From: Octopus vulgaris
Lineage: Eukaryota
DNA length: 64,000 nt
Reading direction: 5' to 3'
Assembly: GCA_951406725.2 (NCBI GenBank)
Contig: OX597820.1
Location: 89,776,001 to 89,840,000 of the forward strand
Shown here: one piece after another, positions 27,470 to 47,664 of the stretch
How positions within the stretch are numbered: position 1 is the first letter of the stretch
How the letters are laid out: every line of letters begins with the position of its first letter
Position numbers and translations under genes: made by a program
Notes under the pieces: generated by a model
Seen by the model: the letters and a program-made list of their open reading frames with translations, nothing else
Database searches by the model: none
What the model was told of the DNA's origin: nothing

Positions 27470-27735
27470 GTGGAGGTACGTGGCTTAGTGGTTAGGATGT
27501 CAGCATCATGATCGTAAAATTGTGGTTTCGATTCCTGGACCGGACGACGCGTTGTGTTTTTGAGCAAAATACTTCATTTCACGTTGCTCCAGTCCACTCA
27601 GCTGGCAAAAATTAGTAACGCTACGATGGACTGGAGTCCCGTCCAGCTGGCGAACACATACGCGCCATTGAAACCGGGAAACCGGGCCCATGAGCCTGGC
27701 TAGGCTTTAAAAGGGCGCATTTATTATGTATTTTT
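27470..27735 (+). mobile_element. tRNA-derived SINE family S4 with TSD
   Basis: gtggcttagtggttagg A-box, ggtttcgattcct B-box, T/A tail. Direct repeat gaaataacgt at 27460-27469 and 27736-27745. Confidence 0.85.
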
Positions 27736-28199
27736 GAAATAACGTAACGAGGCGGAACTAAATACTGTAACGCAATTTGTACAACACCATATAAATTCTG
27801 ACAATCCATTGTAATATGTAGATGATTAATATTAGGAAATGTTTTACGTTCTAAGATGAGAATCTGATTCCACAGCCTGTGATATAATGCAGGAAATATC
27901 GATGTTTATACAAATTATATCTAAATGTATTTAACCGCAGATAATATTCACACATTAGGTTCTCCTTGCTCCCTTCTTACTCTTTTTTCACATGCAAGCA
28001 CACACAGACACGCACGAACAACACACACACACTCGCACATGTACACTCGCACGCACGCATGCACGAACACACACACACACACACATGATATAAGTGTACA
28101 TACAAATATATCTATATCTGTGCGTGTTTATACATACATATATATATATACCTGTGTTTGCGAAGAAACGAAAATTTCACTCAACACATTTTGTTACTG

Positions 28200-28645
<446 letters not shown>

Positions 28646-29019
28646 AATTAAATCAGTTGTTTCGGGCGATAACATTATTAATCACTTCTCCTTTTGGTGT
28701 CTGGTTTTGGTGTTGCTAGACTAAAGAATATGATTAACATTAATTGTCTTCTATTATACATCCTTACTTATTTTATTATACCTACTTGCTCAAACAAAGA
28801 AATCATTATTCTTTCCTACTTACTGTTGTTGTCATCGATTGTTGGTGCAGCTATTGATTTTACTTGTTCTTCTTTTTCACTTGTTTTTATAGGTGATGGT
28901 CACTTTAAAGGATTATTTATCTTTTGTGTTTTATCTTACAAATGGGTGTCTTCCATTTTTATTTTGGCTATAATGTTACATCAGGGAATCATCGCAGATT
29001 TAGTGCTGCTGCTAGTAAT

Positions 29020-29751
<732 letters not shown>

Positions 29752-29760
29752 AATGATAAA

Positions 29761-29970
29761 CTTTTCAACTACAGGTACGTGATCTGAAATTTAGGGGAGG
29801 GGATAGTCGGTTACATCGACACCAGTACACAACTGGTACTTATTTTATCGAACCCGAAATGATGAAAAGGAAAGTTGACCTCTGGGGAATTTGAACTCAA
29901 AACGTGGACACGGATGAAATGCTGTAAAGCATTTTTTCTGGTGTGTTAATATTTCTGCCAGTTCTTCTTC
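29761..29970 (-). mobile_element. SINE family S2 (degenerate monomer)
   Basis: aactggtacttattttatcgaacccgaaatgatgaaaagg...gaatttgaactc matches the reverse complement of the S2 core. Confidence 0.75.
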
Positions 29971-29978
29971 CTCCGCCA

Positions 29979-30045
<67 letters not shown>

Positions 30046-30046
30046 T

Positions 30047-30101
<55 letters not shown>
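29979..30101. repeat. (GCT)n(ACT)n compound microsatellite
   Basis: Seen directly. Confidence 0.95.
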
Positions 30102-30102
<1 letters not shown>

Positions 30103-30239
30103 TAAAAACTAGCATGTTCTGTGAAATTAAGGTAACACAAAAGACAAATAGTACTAGAATTTCAATCTACAAAATCCCTCAGTTACTAGAATGGCTGCTT
30201 GGAGCCAATTAAATAATCGCCGCAGAAACTCAATGGTTC

Positions 30240-33030
30240 TGATAAACTAGGATGAGTGCTCAGAGTAGGCATGTTCACCGTTTGAACATCTTTTCAACAA
30301 AGTGGACAATATATTACTGCCTATCCTCACCTTCCTTGTGAAGTGAAATTTGAAGTGTTTAATGATGGCATGGTCGAACAAGTAAAGAATTTTCAATATT
30401 TTCGCTCTCTTCCACCACACAACCGATTTCGCCATAGCCATTACACTGAAAAACACTGCCTCCAGTTTCCGACCAAATGCAAAAGGAGAATGGATTAGTT
30501 ATCTTCATGATGGATTTAACTGATGGCCGGATTTGTACGACACTTGACAATAGCTGTTAAATACAACTTTACATCTCAGCAATGATTGGACAGGATACTG
30601 AACGAATGCATGCTGAACGGTTTCGTTGCTTTACAAACATCTTGAAAATGCCCGACTGACGGCAATTACTTACCTGTAGAGATTGTCATGAATCGGTAAT
30701 TTCCTCGCTCGTACTGTCAGGATAGCAATATCTGGAAATTATTCGTGGATACTGGACTTAATATTCTCTGAGACAGGGCACCTGGTTGATTCTCATCAAC
30801 ACTTAGAATTTCAGTAAGAATGGTTTCTCGTTTTTCCTGCCTTTAGTACTGTAAAGGTCGTGGAAGTTGAAGTTCAACCAAATCTTTTGACCGATTGGTA
30901 GCGATTACATGACAGCATTGGAGTTGCTTGGTACCTAGCCTTGATCAGTGCTCACCCTCTAGAAGTATATGTAGATATCGTAGCCTTAACGCTTGTTGGT
31001 ATGCCAGTTCATACCGAACCCTTCCTATAGAGGATGATAGCTGTAGACAGACCCCCCTTTCTAATGGACAGACACATCAATTTGATAAAAAGAAAAGTGG
31101 AGAAGTAATACTTAAAGGTGTCGACATACGCATTCGCCATCTCTACCTTTTCATTCGTGGATAACTTCCTCTCAGATTAGTTCTGTGTGAGACTGGCCAC
31201 CCTTCTCGTAAATCCATCTCAACTACCAAACATCTGGGGGTCCGAACATACCTAACCCCCATGTAACTTAACAAGACCATCTATCAAACGTACCATGATG
31301 CTAACATCGCCCGAATATGATAACACAACTCTTCCTCATCCAAGTTGGATCGAAGATGACCCTCACCAATTCTAATTTCGCAGGTATAGACCACTAATCA
31401 GTTCGTACAGAAGAGATTAGAGAGAACGCGATGAACTGAGAGTGTGATCTAAAACAATTGCTTTAGGTAGCCATTTAATATGACCATCGAATAGAGTACA
31501 CTGATGTAAGCCAATCTCTGAGGAGGATCCGAAACCAGCTTTGTTGAGGACAGCCGCCAAGAACAAAGAGATGGACGACACAATTGTAAGTTTTCGATTG
31601 ATTCCACTTAACCAGTGTCTAATGAGACTAGTTTTCTACCTACCCTCTCTACGTGCATCGCATGAGAACGAGAGTGTCTTGAAGAGACCCGCTCATGATA
31701 CTCCATGTCCTAACCTCCGACGACAAGCATCTAGTTATAACTAAATAATTGTTTGCTTGAATATTGGCCAAAACCTTAAAACCTGTGGATCAGAGATACA
31801 GGTTGGAAATTTTCAGTGTAGTTCCTTTTGGTCCATTGTTGCCTCAGCCGTATTACAACTATCTGGCTTACAGAAATAGTGATACCCCGTTCTCATGATT
31901 GTTGAAGATGTTTATCGAAATGGCAGCGGTAAGTCTGACACATGGCCATGACGCTTGCATGAGAGACATCCCAAAGAATGTGATCTGCATCTCTTACAAC
32001 CAGTCATCACATCCCGCATCTAAGCTGCTATCCGTCTTTGGCAGCAACACAGATCTACCTAAACTCGTGGTTGGCGTCGAGATAGGCAGTAAAGACCACT
32101 ACCATCTCCATCCCATCCATCGCTTTGAACAACGCTGAAAAGTCGCGCATTTATGTTTGGAACGGATAACATACGCCTTCTTGTCCTTCAGAAACTAAAT
32201 TATAGCATTATTACCAGATTGTGCCCCTGTCATCCTCCATCCGCCTGTTTTCGTACTTACATGCCTTAGAGCACGTTGCTTATCTCTGACAAAACAGATT
32301 TCATCTTTGTCGTTACAGAAAGGGGAAATAGTCACAAACCATTCTCAATTCTAGAACCTCGGTAAGAGTATCTTTCCTGATTATATATACTAGATTTCTC
32401 AGTAATGAAAGTATATTCTATTTCTCACCAATCCAATCTATTTGTTTACTATCCCCTTAATAAAATCAACGATTTTACACTAATCACTCTTTTCAGATGT
32501 CCCAGTCTGCGGTTATTGACAATAGCCCCTGTCAACTGTCACTTAACGAAAACGCTAATCCAGCCTCTGAAGGCTTCCTATTATTTGGTGAAACTCATAA
32601 AATCCCGTCATGCTTCTATGATGCTATTCCATTCACCTGTTAGTACGAGAAAGGGAGGCATTCCCAGAAACATTTCCAGACGTCTGAATACATCAAGTCA
32701 CCATACATTGAGTGGCATGCAGGGCCTTTAAACAGAATGCTCTGCAATACAGTTGGACACTTGAAGTATCACCGATTTAGCACCCGTGTCCAGAAAGATC
32801 TTCTGACATCTTGACTTTTCGAAACAACTCTGTCACTACTCTTCCCGAGCCAGGGACGCGTATAGGTGGTAGCTGTCAAAAATTAGCATAGGTGCATGCA
32901 CATCGGAAATCCGGGTCATTCTGATTGCTAGAAGCTAACGACCTGAGTATATATGCAATCAGCCTTACGCACATGCTGGTTCTTGGCCACGCACATTTAA
33001 ACATTCTGCACTGATGTTCACTTTGTTTTA
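30240..33030 (-). mobile_element. Heavily degenerate L1/Tx1-clade LINE ORF2 (APE endonuclease - RT - CCHC)
   Basis: Manual minus-strand translation gives, in order: CLNVRG (~33000, APE start); FRRLEMFLG..LVLTGEWNSI (~32650, GDxN motif); NQSKTYNCVVH..LAAVLNKAGFG (~31570, DxxKAFDRV-like); SYSGDVSIMV (~31310, YADD-like); SRCL*SNETVQHAFVQ (~30620, zinc knuckle); AMAKSVVWWKR (ORF 30247-30456). Many stops and frameshifts. Confidence 0.7.
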
Positions 33031-36000
33031 AAGCAGAAAACTAAGGGATGTAACTTATCTTCGACTTGTTGAATTGTGAGTAATCTGGTCTCTATTATGA
33101 CCTGCGCTCTCTTGAATGGCTTATTTAGGTGTTTCCATTTTGTATCTGACCGATGCGTCCGGTACTTCGTAAGGATTTTCCCAGTTCTGTTTCGGAGACG
33201 TCTTGCAACATCTTCAATGTCTATATATGGTGTAGTTCTTTTGATTCAATTTTGGCAATTGTTTGTTTTGTGCTACGTAATCAATCAAATCACTATTATA
33301 TTTGTTCGCAACTATTAAGTTAATGGAAATAATATAGAGTGTTAAATTGGTGCTGGTTTTCGGAGTTTTCTGAGAAGGCAACATGTTCTCTCTATATATA
33401 ACTGTGGTGCAAATTTAACTGTCTGCTTTCTCCAATGAGTGAGCGCCTGCCGACATTCCAGACACCAAGCACCAAATCTTTTGCCATATTTTGACCTAGA
33501 ACTGTAGCTCCGGCAAGAGACTTGTGGAACAAAGCAAAAACCAAAACGTGTTTCACAAACGGAGACAACTCATATTCACTGTCCAGGAAATCCTGCAGAT
33601 AGAGTAATAGGTCAAATTGCAAAGCAGACAAAATAATGGGTAGAGCAAAATGATTTTCGCTAAATAAGTTTTCTGAGATGAACTGTTTAGCACACATGAA
33701 ATTAATAGTAGACGTGTTTAGATAAAATTGCAGCAAATTCAGAATTACGTAAAATGTTCAAATTCCAGTCAACTGATCAGGCTTGCTGAATAATTTAGCA
33801 GACTTGGTCACAAATACCTAAAGCTACAATTTTGGAACTCGGTAATTCTACGACTAGACGAGTTGCTGATCTAAAGATAACTAAAGGAATGTCAACAAAG
33901 TATTAGTAGATAAATATTTGCTCAAAATGTATTTCGTTCGCTTTCCAAATATATTCGTTACAGCATTTTTTTTTGCTTATTTACTTCTTGCATATCTCTG
34001 TAGAAGATAATATATTTTTGTAGCAGAAACAGTCGATGAAATTTTTCCAAAGTTCTTGACCGGTATTGATTCACAAAAATGAATAACAAAGTGGAACTTG
34101 GCAAAATTGGAACATTAAATGCATGTAATGATTGTAACGCATTTTGGGAGACAGTCCCGATGTTGCCATCCACCCTTTTAAATCCGTGTGGAGCAGTATA
34201 GTCGATTAAATCAATTCTGACAATTCACTACTAATATAATAAAGATTTCTAATAGAAAAATATTCAGAATGTTTTTGATGGAAGATCGAATTTATCTTAT
34301 TGACGCCGTGTGTACACTTCCAGAGCGTATAGCAGCGGCAATAATAAGTTGTATTAGATCCACTGAATGCAACAGCAAATTTAGAAATTTGATGGAAAAA
34401 CCAAAACAAAAGATTTAAGAGAGCCAAAACTGCCGCAGTAATTGCCTCGTTGGCAACAGAAACAACATCCGCATCAACAGAAATAACCACAGCAACAGCA
34501 TTTTAAATTAGTTGCAACATCATTAATTGCAGCTATAGCAATGGCTGCTAAAACAATGAAGTTTTATAATGAAGAGAGTGAAAGGAAAACAAAATCAATA
34601 ACAAAACAATTAATGATTGAAAAGAGGAAATTTTGCCCTAAAAATTGGCGTCTAGACATTTTCAGCCTTGTCTAGATACTCACAAAATTGAGAAAAGGCA
34701 CGATAGGCATTTGTTAAATATTTAAAAGCAAAGCGGAAGAGTATCATTCATCCCCTTTTTCAGCGTTTCCATAACTAACAGGATGAAAAGAAGATCTTAT
34801 CCGTCCTTGCTCGAACGCTTGTAATAGAGTATAATCCATTAAAAGGCAAACTAATTCCAGGTAGTGGTGATAAAACGGGCGACGGATTTAGTCTACCATG
34901 CGAGTTTATGATAAACATAAAAATCACAAGATATGATTTAAAAGAATCAAATTAAAGGTCCGGCTCTGGTTATTTGAAAACTGAATATGTTTCTGTCATA
35001 TAAAACTTACTTACACTTATCATACTCTAGCTGGTTAACGATTATATAAAATGTTAAGTCTTTTAAAAATTGGTTTGACATGGAAGAACGAAAAAACATT
35101 AATCGTATCCAAAGGGGACTTGAGTTGACGCTCTTTACGTTCTGCTTAAACTATTTGCTAAGCATCAACTGTAAGGAAAACATATACACAAGGATTATTT
35201 GTAAGAGCTTACATTATTAAACGGCAGAGCTAGGGGTAATGGATAGTGCAAGTCTTGACGACGAGAGGAAGAGTGTTGCGTGAGTTGGGAGTGTTTGTAT
35301 CGAGGGATCACGTAACCAAACAGGTAACAAGAGAGACCCCTGTATTGAGGAAGAAAGAAATAGAAAGAAAGAAAAGAAAGGATCGGTGGTTCACATGTGT
35401 GTTTAGGAGTATGAAGTATTCAATATCGTGTGAAGAGTTGGAGATAATAGAAGTAGTGTAAAAGCAAATATATGTAATTTAAGGGGACTATTGTGAGAGG
35501 TGATGTGTTTAGAGAAAAGCACAATAAGTCAGGCGGAAAGCAGCTACCGATAAAAGCATCCACTAAATATGTTGGAAGTTACAAAAGAAAGGGAAAATTT
35601 ATGTAATGGATAGCTGTCCTAAAGATTATAAAATGGTCAACAAGGGAAATAAATATTCAGATCTTATTTATGTGGTAGACAAAAAAGAAAAATATATACC
35701 TAGGAAATAGATTCTGGAGGAAAGAAACTACCTCTTAATTTGCGTTTCATTGTTCTGATGGTCGAAAAAATAAATACCAGCCATGTGTTTTGGCCGTTCC
35801 TCTGTCACGCAAAGTCAGAGTTTGTGCCTGTTAAAAAAACTTATTGAAGGACAGGGGATAGATAAAATCGTTAGGACGTCGGAAAAGGTTTTTTGGTGTA
35901 TGATTCTGCTCCCCAAGTTATGAAGTTAAATACCGTTATAGTCAGCGGTATTTCACTATCGTGGATCCGATACAATGAAGTATCAGTCTGACGTTGAGGT

Positions 36001-38884
36001 CGATTTAATGGAGTTACGTCTTCTTTAGAAACCGCCAGTTGAGTGTGTTTATATTAGAAAAATATAGTATAATTCTGTATCTATGTTGTTGCTATTTGTT
36101 AGCTACAGATCAACTCTGTTCGAGAAGATATAATAAAATATGTTGCAGCAGTAACAACTCCGTCTTACGTTCAGCTACAGTACATTTATATATGACTACA
36201 TTAACAGATATTTCGTGCTATGTAGACACGTGTGATTGGAAGGATATTTACCTCCTATTTTTAGAAAGTTAAGAGAGTTTAGGATACCCTCATTTACAAA
36301 ATTGATCAATAGTTAACATGAATTCCACACTATGATAAAAGAGGTTGGATTAATATAATATTAGACAACAGTATCTTCTAAAACATATTATCAACTGTGC
36401 TGTCCTGATTTCTGAGTCACTTTTACTGCTTTCGATTGTCATGAAGAATGAAATAGGAATTATTAGTATATCTGGTAAGTTTCACCAGGATCCAAATTCG
36501 TAGGCGTTGTTATAGCAAAGTTAAAGCGAAATATACGAAAATGCACAAATATATCTGAATTCAATTTTCATTTGGAAAGAAATCTATGATAATGATAACA
36601 GAAAGCTCTGAGAAAAGAAATCGAAATTTGAAATTGGCAAAAGAATGTAATTGAGTATATAAGATCCATAATAACCGAGTGACAACGCGAAGATATTAGT
36701 AAATAAAAGAACAAAGATACTTTACAAAATATGTTTGATTTTGTTGTGCTAAGAAGGAAAAAAAATCAGTTTTTGATACAACATTAAGATCCTCTGTGTT
36801 TATACTACTAAATCTATAGATAAAAAAATATTTTTCAAGTTATCCCTATAAAATGTATGATTTAAAGAACTGCGAACACTTAAAAATGTTTTATTTTCGA
36901 GTGTTTTTTTTACTGTAAAATTCTTCTGAATTTATGTCGGCGTCTTGGAAATTTTTTATTAAAAATATAACAAAGCTGCATCAAACATCTAACAATATAT
37001 AAGCTAACATGAAGAAAAACGAAGATAATGAGAAATGCTGTAAATGCTACATAAGCAATAACGGTAAAACAACAATTGTGAATATTTGTCTGTATAGTAC
37101 AAAGACATTTCAGATAATAAGAAAGCAATATAGATTTTTGACTTGGCACCAAAGCAAGTTTTCTAGGGAATGAGATAGAATTGATTGAATTTAATACAGT
37201 ATCTTAATGGGACTCATTTTATCGACTCGACTCTTGAAATTAAAAAAAAATATACCACAAAAGCTCTAGACAGGTCCGGTGAAATGCGAGCGCAGAATGG
37301 GGAAAAAAACGTCAAAAATAAATACGGTAAAATAATTAGTCGGTCGCTCTAATGTTACTGCCAAGTCACCGGTGTAAGACAAGCATGATTTATTTATTTT
37401 TATCATTATTCAACGACAGTTTTCTTAAAGAGGAATGAACACAATTTGAGCAACCTTAGTAAGTTACAGATATTTTTGCTCTCTATTTGTTTTCTACTTT
37501 GAACCTCTTCCTCCCATACATCCGAACAATGTAAGATGTATCAATGCGGGCAACCAGTGTTTAGTGACTGTTCCGGTCTATATTTGAACTTGTAAGCGAT
37601 GAAACAACGGAAATGGTAATATCACATTTTCGCAGACATTGAGATATCCCGACTGACGCAACAAAAGGTCGACTATCTGATTATGGTTTGAAGAGGTTTG
37701 AATCCTCACTTGCACTGAAATTGGATTATAGTATGAGAGGGTATTACCTGATGACTAATCTCACTCTCTTGACTGTGACTGTCCTCGTCCAGTGGCGAAA
37801 TGACCAGGGCGAATTGGTGTATATTAGTACTGTATTCGGATGAACAATAATCTGTAAGTCTTACTGGACTCTAAAGGGTTAATTCAGCAACGACGTTAAT
37901 GGTTATCGTTCATTGAAACCTGACAATACACAGATGATACTCTCTCGTCTAATCCACCGAAAATCCAGTTTTTGCATACGTCTTAGTCATGTACGTATAC
38001 ACAAGTTTGGATAACTGTTGACTCTCCTGAGATTATCTGCCCGTTAACAGATGTTGCTTTTTATCCAAAGTGATGTTCAAAACATACCTTTTTCACCTAT
38101 AAAGCTTGGTGGAATTTCTGGGTTACTCGGTGACCCGACTATGCAACAAAGTGTGTTGAGTTTCATGTAACCAATAGCACCTACGAGCGACATTATGATA
38201 TCTTATCGATAGTATTTATTTCACTGGCAAATATATAGCTGGGACAATACTAGTTGCTGTATAGCTGGACATTTCTAACTGTTGTAAATCATTAGGCCAA
38301 ATTCTCTAAGGTATTAACCAAAGAGTTGATCAACGTGCTAATAAAGTGTTCTTTATATTGAAGCTCAAGTGACAAGCAATAGTGACCAAACACCCAGGAT
38401 ATAACATTTTAACTTTATATAGGAAGGTGATATTGAAAAAATATAGTTCTAGGTGACTATATCAGAAGAAATCAATACAAAACAAAAGCGCGAAATGGGT
38501 TTAGTTACAGGATTATGACTGACTTTGAGCACCAACAACACAATCGAAAAGCAACTAAAATATATTTCCAGTATTAACCGTCCAATGTAATACAAATATA
38601 AAATAACAAATTGATTGACAACACTTGTGAACACTAACAACAAAACCCAGCTTAAATCTGATGTTTCTCTTTGTTAAATATATATACTCTCAGCATATAT
38701 TCATCTTCATTAGGGAAATGGTATTCAGTTTATGAATCAGCATAAGACCTAAGAATTACGAGTGAAGACTCAGCTTAGAAAAAACAAATTTATGGCCTTT
38801 ATTTCATATTTGTCAATTACAGCAAGCAAAATTGCTAAAAATATATAATATCCCTGCTTGTCGCTTGTCACGATTTTTAATTAC

Positions 38885-39281
38885 TCGCAGGCGTGGGTAT
38901 GTAGTAAGGAGTTTGCTTCCCAACCACGTGATTCTGGGTTCAGTTCCACAGCTTGGAAACTTAGGCAAATAAATTTTACTATAGCCTTGGGTCGAGCAAA
39001 CCTCTGTGAATGGATTTAGTAGAGAAAAACTGAATGAAGCCAGTCGTATACACGTGTCTGTGCCTTGTCTTTGTGTCTGATGATGTCCCCATTGCTATCA
39101 CTTGACAACCAGCATTGTGGTGTTTACGCCTTGGTAGTCTAGCGTTTCGGCAAATGAGTTTGATTGAGTACTACCTGGCCTACAAAAGAAGTACTGGGGT
39201 CAATTCATTCATTCGACTAAAAGTTCCTTAAGGTGGTGCCCCAGCATGGCCTCAGTCTAAGGATTGAAAAAAGTAAAAGAT
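38885..39281 (+). mobile_element. tRNA-derived SINE family S1 (older copy, no expanded internal microsatellite)
   Basis: cgcaggcgtgggtatgtagtaag head, ctgggttcagttccac B-box, tail ggtggtgccccagcatggcctcagtctaaggattgaaaaaagtaaaaga. Confidence 0.8.
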
Positions 39282-39829
39282 ATGACAAAACCTCAAAGAT
39301 TCCAATCATCGTTGATGTAGCAGATACTTCACTAATTCAGTTTGGCTCAGATATTCATTCGTAGGTATCATTCTGAAATAACATTTAGTAACAATTATTA
39401 AATGTAAGGCCAGAATGACATGTCATCCGAGTCATTTTGAAAAATCCTACCCATCTTATTCCACTGGCAAGGAATCGTCGGTGGTTTTCCTTTGTCAAAA
39501 GAAAGAAGCTAATGAGGAAATTTAAAAAGCTTAAGATTGTGTTTTCCGTTCATCTCAAATATAAATTTTACCCAGCGGCAGCCACTTCACTGTAAATCAT
39601 GGAGTCGGCTTCCGTATAATTAAGTTACAATTTCCCTTACTCGGGATACGAGATATTTATATTGCGTGAAATATATTTCTGTTATTTTAAAGGCACAAAT
39701 TATTGTTGTAATAGTAGTAGTGGGTACAATGTGGTTATCATTAAACAACAGCAACAACAACAGCAACAGCAACAACAACAACAATAATAATAATAATGAT
39801 AATAATAATAATAATAATGATAATAATAA

Positions 39830-41580
39830 GCTTTCTATACAGTTCAACTATATAATGAGCATTCTATACTAAACCCAAACAATGGCCTCATTGTAGAAAC
39901 ACACACTCAATGGAGAAACGTAGTAGGCAACGAAGTACCCAGAGATATGGATGCAAATAAATTAAGAATTGTGCGTAGATACATTTTTAAGAATAAAAGG
40001 TTTAACTGACGCTGAATTTAGCCTGAAAATAGCAACAAGGTACACAGAGCACACTCTACATTCCAACGAGGAAGCTGAAAAAAGAATAGCGAAGAACAGA
40101 TATGTGAAAAAAGAGGCGAAAGCAGATCTTCCCCAAGAACTCCACAATAGATATGACACAGAATTTGGGGTGAATAATAAAGTGAAGATCATAGAAGCAA
40201 AATAATTCAGCAAAACTGAGTTTACTGACATGATCAATGGAGAACCGCTACCAAAGCTCTCAAACAACATAACAAAATAACACAATTATGATATATAATT
40301 TTGCTCAAAGACAGATCTTAAAAAATAAAGGAAATAATCTAGCAAACATTAATAACCTTACTCTTTCACTCCTAAAGTTGTAACTGCTCAACAAGGTATC
40401 AGGACTGAAAAGAACCAACCATGTCAACAGACATCCTAAATAGAAAGTAGCAATACAAAAAGATATCGAATCTCTGCGGGTGGATGTATCAGTTCTCGAT
40501 GGACTTGCAAGAGGAGTAAATGTTAAGACGAAAAGAGCTAGAAAAATTAAAGATTTTATAAACCTCCCTGCAACCCCCCACCATAAAAAAATCGAATAAA
40601 CAAGGCCCTTCAGGTATACAACATATCTTGTCATCTCCAAATTGTTTCAAGGTAGCATGGCCAAGTGGAATACACGTCTCTTTGTACACCACAGTAATAG
40701 GATGAGTCAATCTAACAACATCAACATCAAACGAGGCATCTTCCAATGTGACTCCCTCTCCCGATTACTCTTTGCATGGCACTGAAAGTAGAGACAAAGT
40801 CTCATTTTAGCGGCACAAGACCAAAGCTTGCTTACCTAAAACTACCAGGCTATCGTCCTTCAAAATAGTCTTGACCCCAAATGCAGATTCTGCAATACAT
40901 TGGACGAAACAAAAGACCACCTCATCTCGGGATGTCTTGTGCTGACACCAAACAAATACAAAAATCGCCAAGATAGGATAGGACAGTATTTACATTGGAA
41001 AACATGCAAACACTACAAAATCAACAATCCTTCTTACTGCTGTGAACATAATCCTGAGCCAGTAGTTGAAGGTAGAAATATCACTATCGTCTGGGATTTT
41101 CCAGTCAAAATCGACAGAAAAAACCAGGCTAATCGACCAGACATAGTCATTAAAAACAGAAGAAAACGCTTGTTGACTAATACGCTTGTTCCCATTGATA
41201 AGAATATATCTGTAAAGGAATTTTACAAATTAATGATATAAGGACCTGAAATGGAAGTAAAAAGATGTAGCGAGAACTGTTCCTGTTATTGTGGGTACCT
41301 TTGGCATATTAAGGAAGGGATAGTAAAATCATCTAGATAATTTCCAGGAGAATCATGTCTCACAGAAATCCAAAAGAGTGTGCTAACAAGTACTGCCAAC
41401 ATCCTTAGAAAACCCTATTGATTTAAATGTCCGTGTTGAATTATAAGAAAATATTTCGCTACTCTCCCTGTCCCTTGCCTTCCTCAATTCATACTGTAAC
41501 ATCTCTTATCCTTCACTCGCCCTAGCATGCTTGGTTTGTCTTGGCAATTGATTGTAACAAACATGTAGATTAAAAGTAAA
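39830..41580 (+). mobile_element. Degenerate, internally deleted R4/Dong element (family D, copy 1)
   Basis: Follows an AAT array. Fragments DIESLRVDVSVL, NINIKRGIFQCDSLS, AAQDQ, CRFCNTLDETKDHLISGC, RQDRIGQYLHW, ANRPDIVI. 3' UTR shared with 56290-56718 and 59921-60125. 5' boundary approximate. Confidence 0.8.
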
Positions 41581-41585
41581 AAATT

Positions 41586-42518
41586 ACAAGAGCACTCAGA
41601 GAGCGCAAACCTCCAGCAAGGCAACATCAACGCCCTCTCAACGATTAGCAAGTGATGATTTTTAAAATGGGAATAACTAAAACGAAGTCGACTGCTCTCA
41701 CAAATGAGAACACTAAAAATGAACTCGGCCGCTCTCAAAAAGTAAGTATAAAAAAACAGAAAATAATCCAGGCTCCTTGTCCAGTACCTGATCCCAATGG
41801 TAGTCATGGAATGTGAAGGTGGCTGTAGAAAATTTATTGACAGTAATAAATAGTATATCCTTATCTAATACGAGCCAAAGTAAACAAATTCATCATGCAA
41901 AATAGTTTCAAAGGCGGAGGTAATAATAATAAGTTCCAGTCAGGAATTTTAAACGAATAGCATGAGACTGTTTTGTGTCTGCTTCTCTTAAATTCCGCTC
42001 TTCCTTTAATATTCCTGTTGTTTTAGAGCGATGCAAAGATATATGTATATATATAAGTATATTGTAAAGTGTTAATATGTATGCATAATATATAACATAT
42101 ATTATAAAAATATATTAGTGTTTTTTTTATTTATTTCTGAACGGTTTTGCTGCTGTTCGTTTACGTAGTTTGATTTCTCTATCCATCAGTTCTTCCTCAG
42201 ATAAGGACGCGAGAAAATTGATAATAGAGAAACGAAAATAAAACTTTGAAAACGACCTAAAGGTAAATGATTTCGAAAGACTTGAAAGTCAATGTAAGAT
42301 CGTAATCATGTAAAGTAAAGTAAATATAACAAATAATCCAGAACCCTTGTCCGGTATCAGATCGATAACAAAATCTAATCCTTTCGTGCCAGGCACGAGG
42401 CCAAACATCCCTGAAAGTTTCATTTGGATCCATCCAGCGTTTCTTGAGATATCTTGTCCAAAGACAAACAAACAAACGCAACTGAAACAATACCTCCACC
42501 TTCGCTAAGGTGGAGGTA
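41586..42518. mobile_element. Helentron-associated non-autonomous element (HINE/DINE-like), possibly interrupted
   Basis: Starts acaagagcactcagagagcgcaaacctcc. Ends with (CAAA)n and a perfect 12-bp-stem hairpin TACCTCCACCTT-cgct-AAGGTGGAGGTA (42491-42518). Internal repeat aataatccag..ccttgtcc.gta.c.gatc at ~41762 and ~42332. Confidence 0.6.
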
Positions 42519-46963
<4,445 letters not shown>

Positions 46964-47569
46964 GTCTTGGCTAAGAAGGAACATATTCACAGACATGACA
47001 GAGTTGGAACCTACATACATTGGAAGCTATGCCAGCATTATGGAATAACAACAGAAAAAAGATGGTATAGGCACTCACCAGAAAAGGTCACAGAAAACGA
47101 GAAAACAGCCATACTCTGGGATATGCCGATACACACAGATAGAGAAATTAAAGCCAACAGACCAGATATAGTTGTCAGAGATCATGAAGAAAAAAATGCT
47201 TTCTAATTGATGTATCAATACCGGCTGATGACAACGTGTCTCTAAAAGAAATGGAGAAACTCTCAAAATACAAAGACCTGGAAATAGAGGTAACTAGAAT
47301 GTGGAATCTGAAAACAGAAACAATTCCTATCATAGTAGGTGCATTAGGCATGATAAAAAAATATTCAGACAAATACATAACAAAAACACCAGGACTTACA
47401 AACACATATAACATACAGAAAATTGCACTACTAGGCACTGCACACATCCTACGCAGAACACTTTCCATACAATAACCATCAGAGCATCACAACAAATCAC
47501 AGCACATACCCGAGGCACACAGAGCTGTGCTCGGTAGTGAAGTGAAAGCACGCTATAAAAATAAAACTA

Positions 47570-47572
<3 letters not shown>
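46964..47572 (+). mobile_element. 5'-truncated Dong family A copy (RLE domain + 3' UTR)
   Basis: Aligns to 46192-46796 starting at VLAKKE; same 3' end ...aaaactactg(AAT)n; differs by substitutions and indels. Confidence 0.95.
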
Positions 47573-47644
<72 letters not shown>

Positions 47645-47664
47645 CATTATAATAATAATAATAA

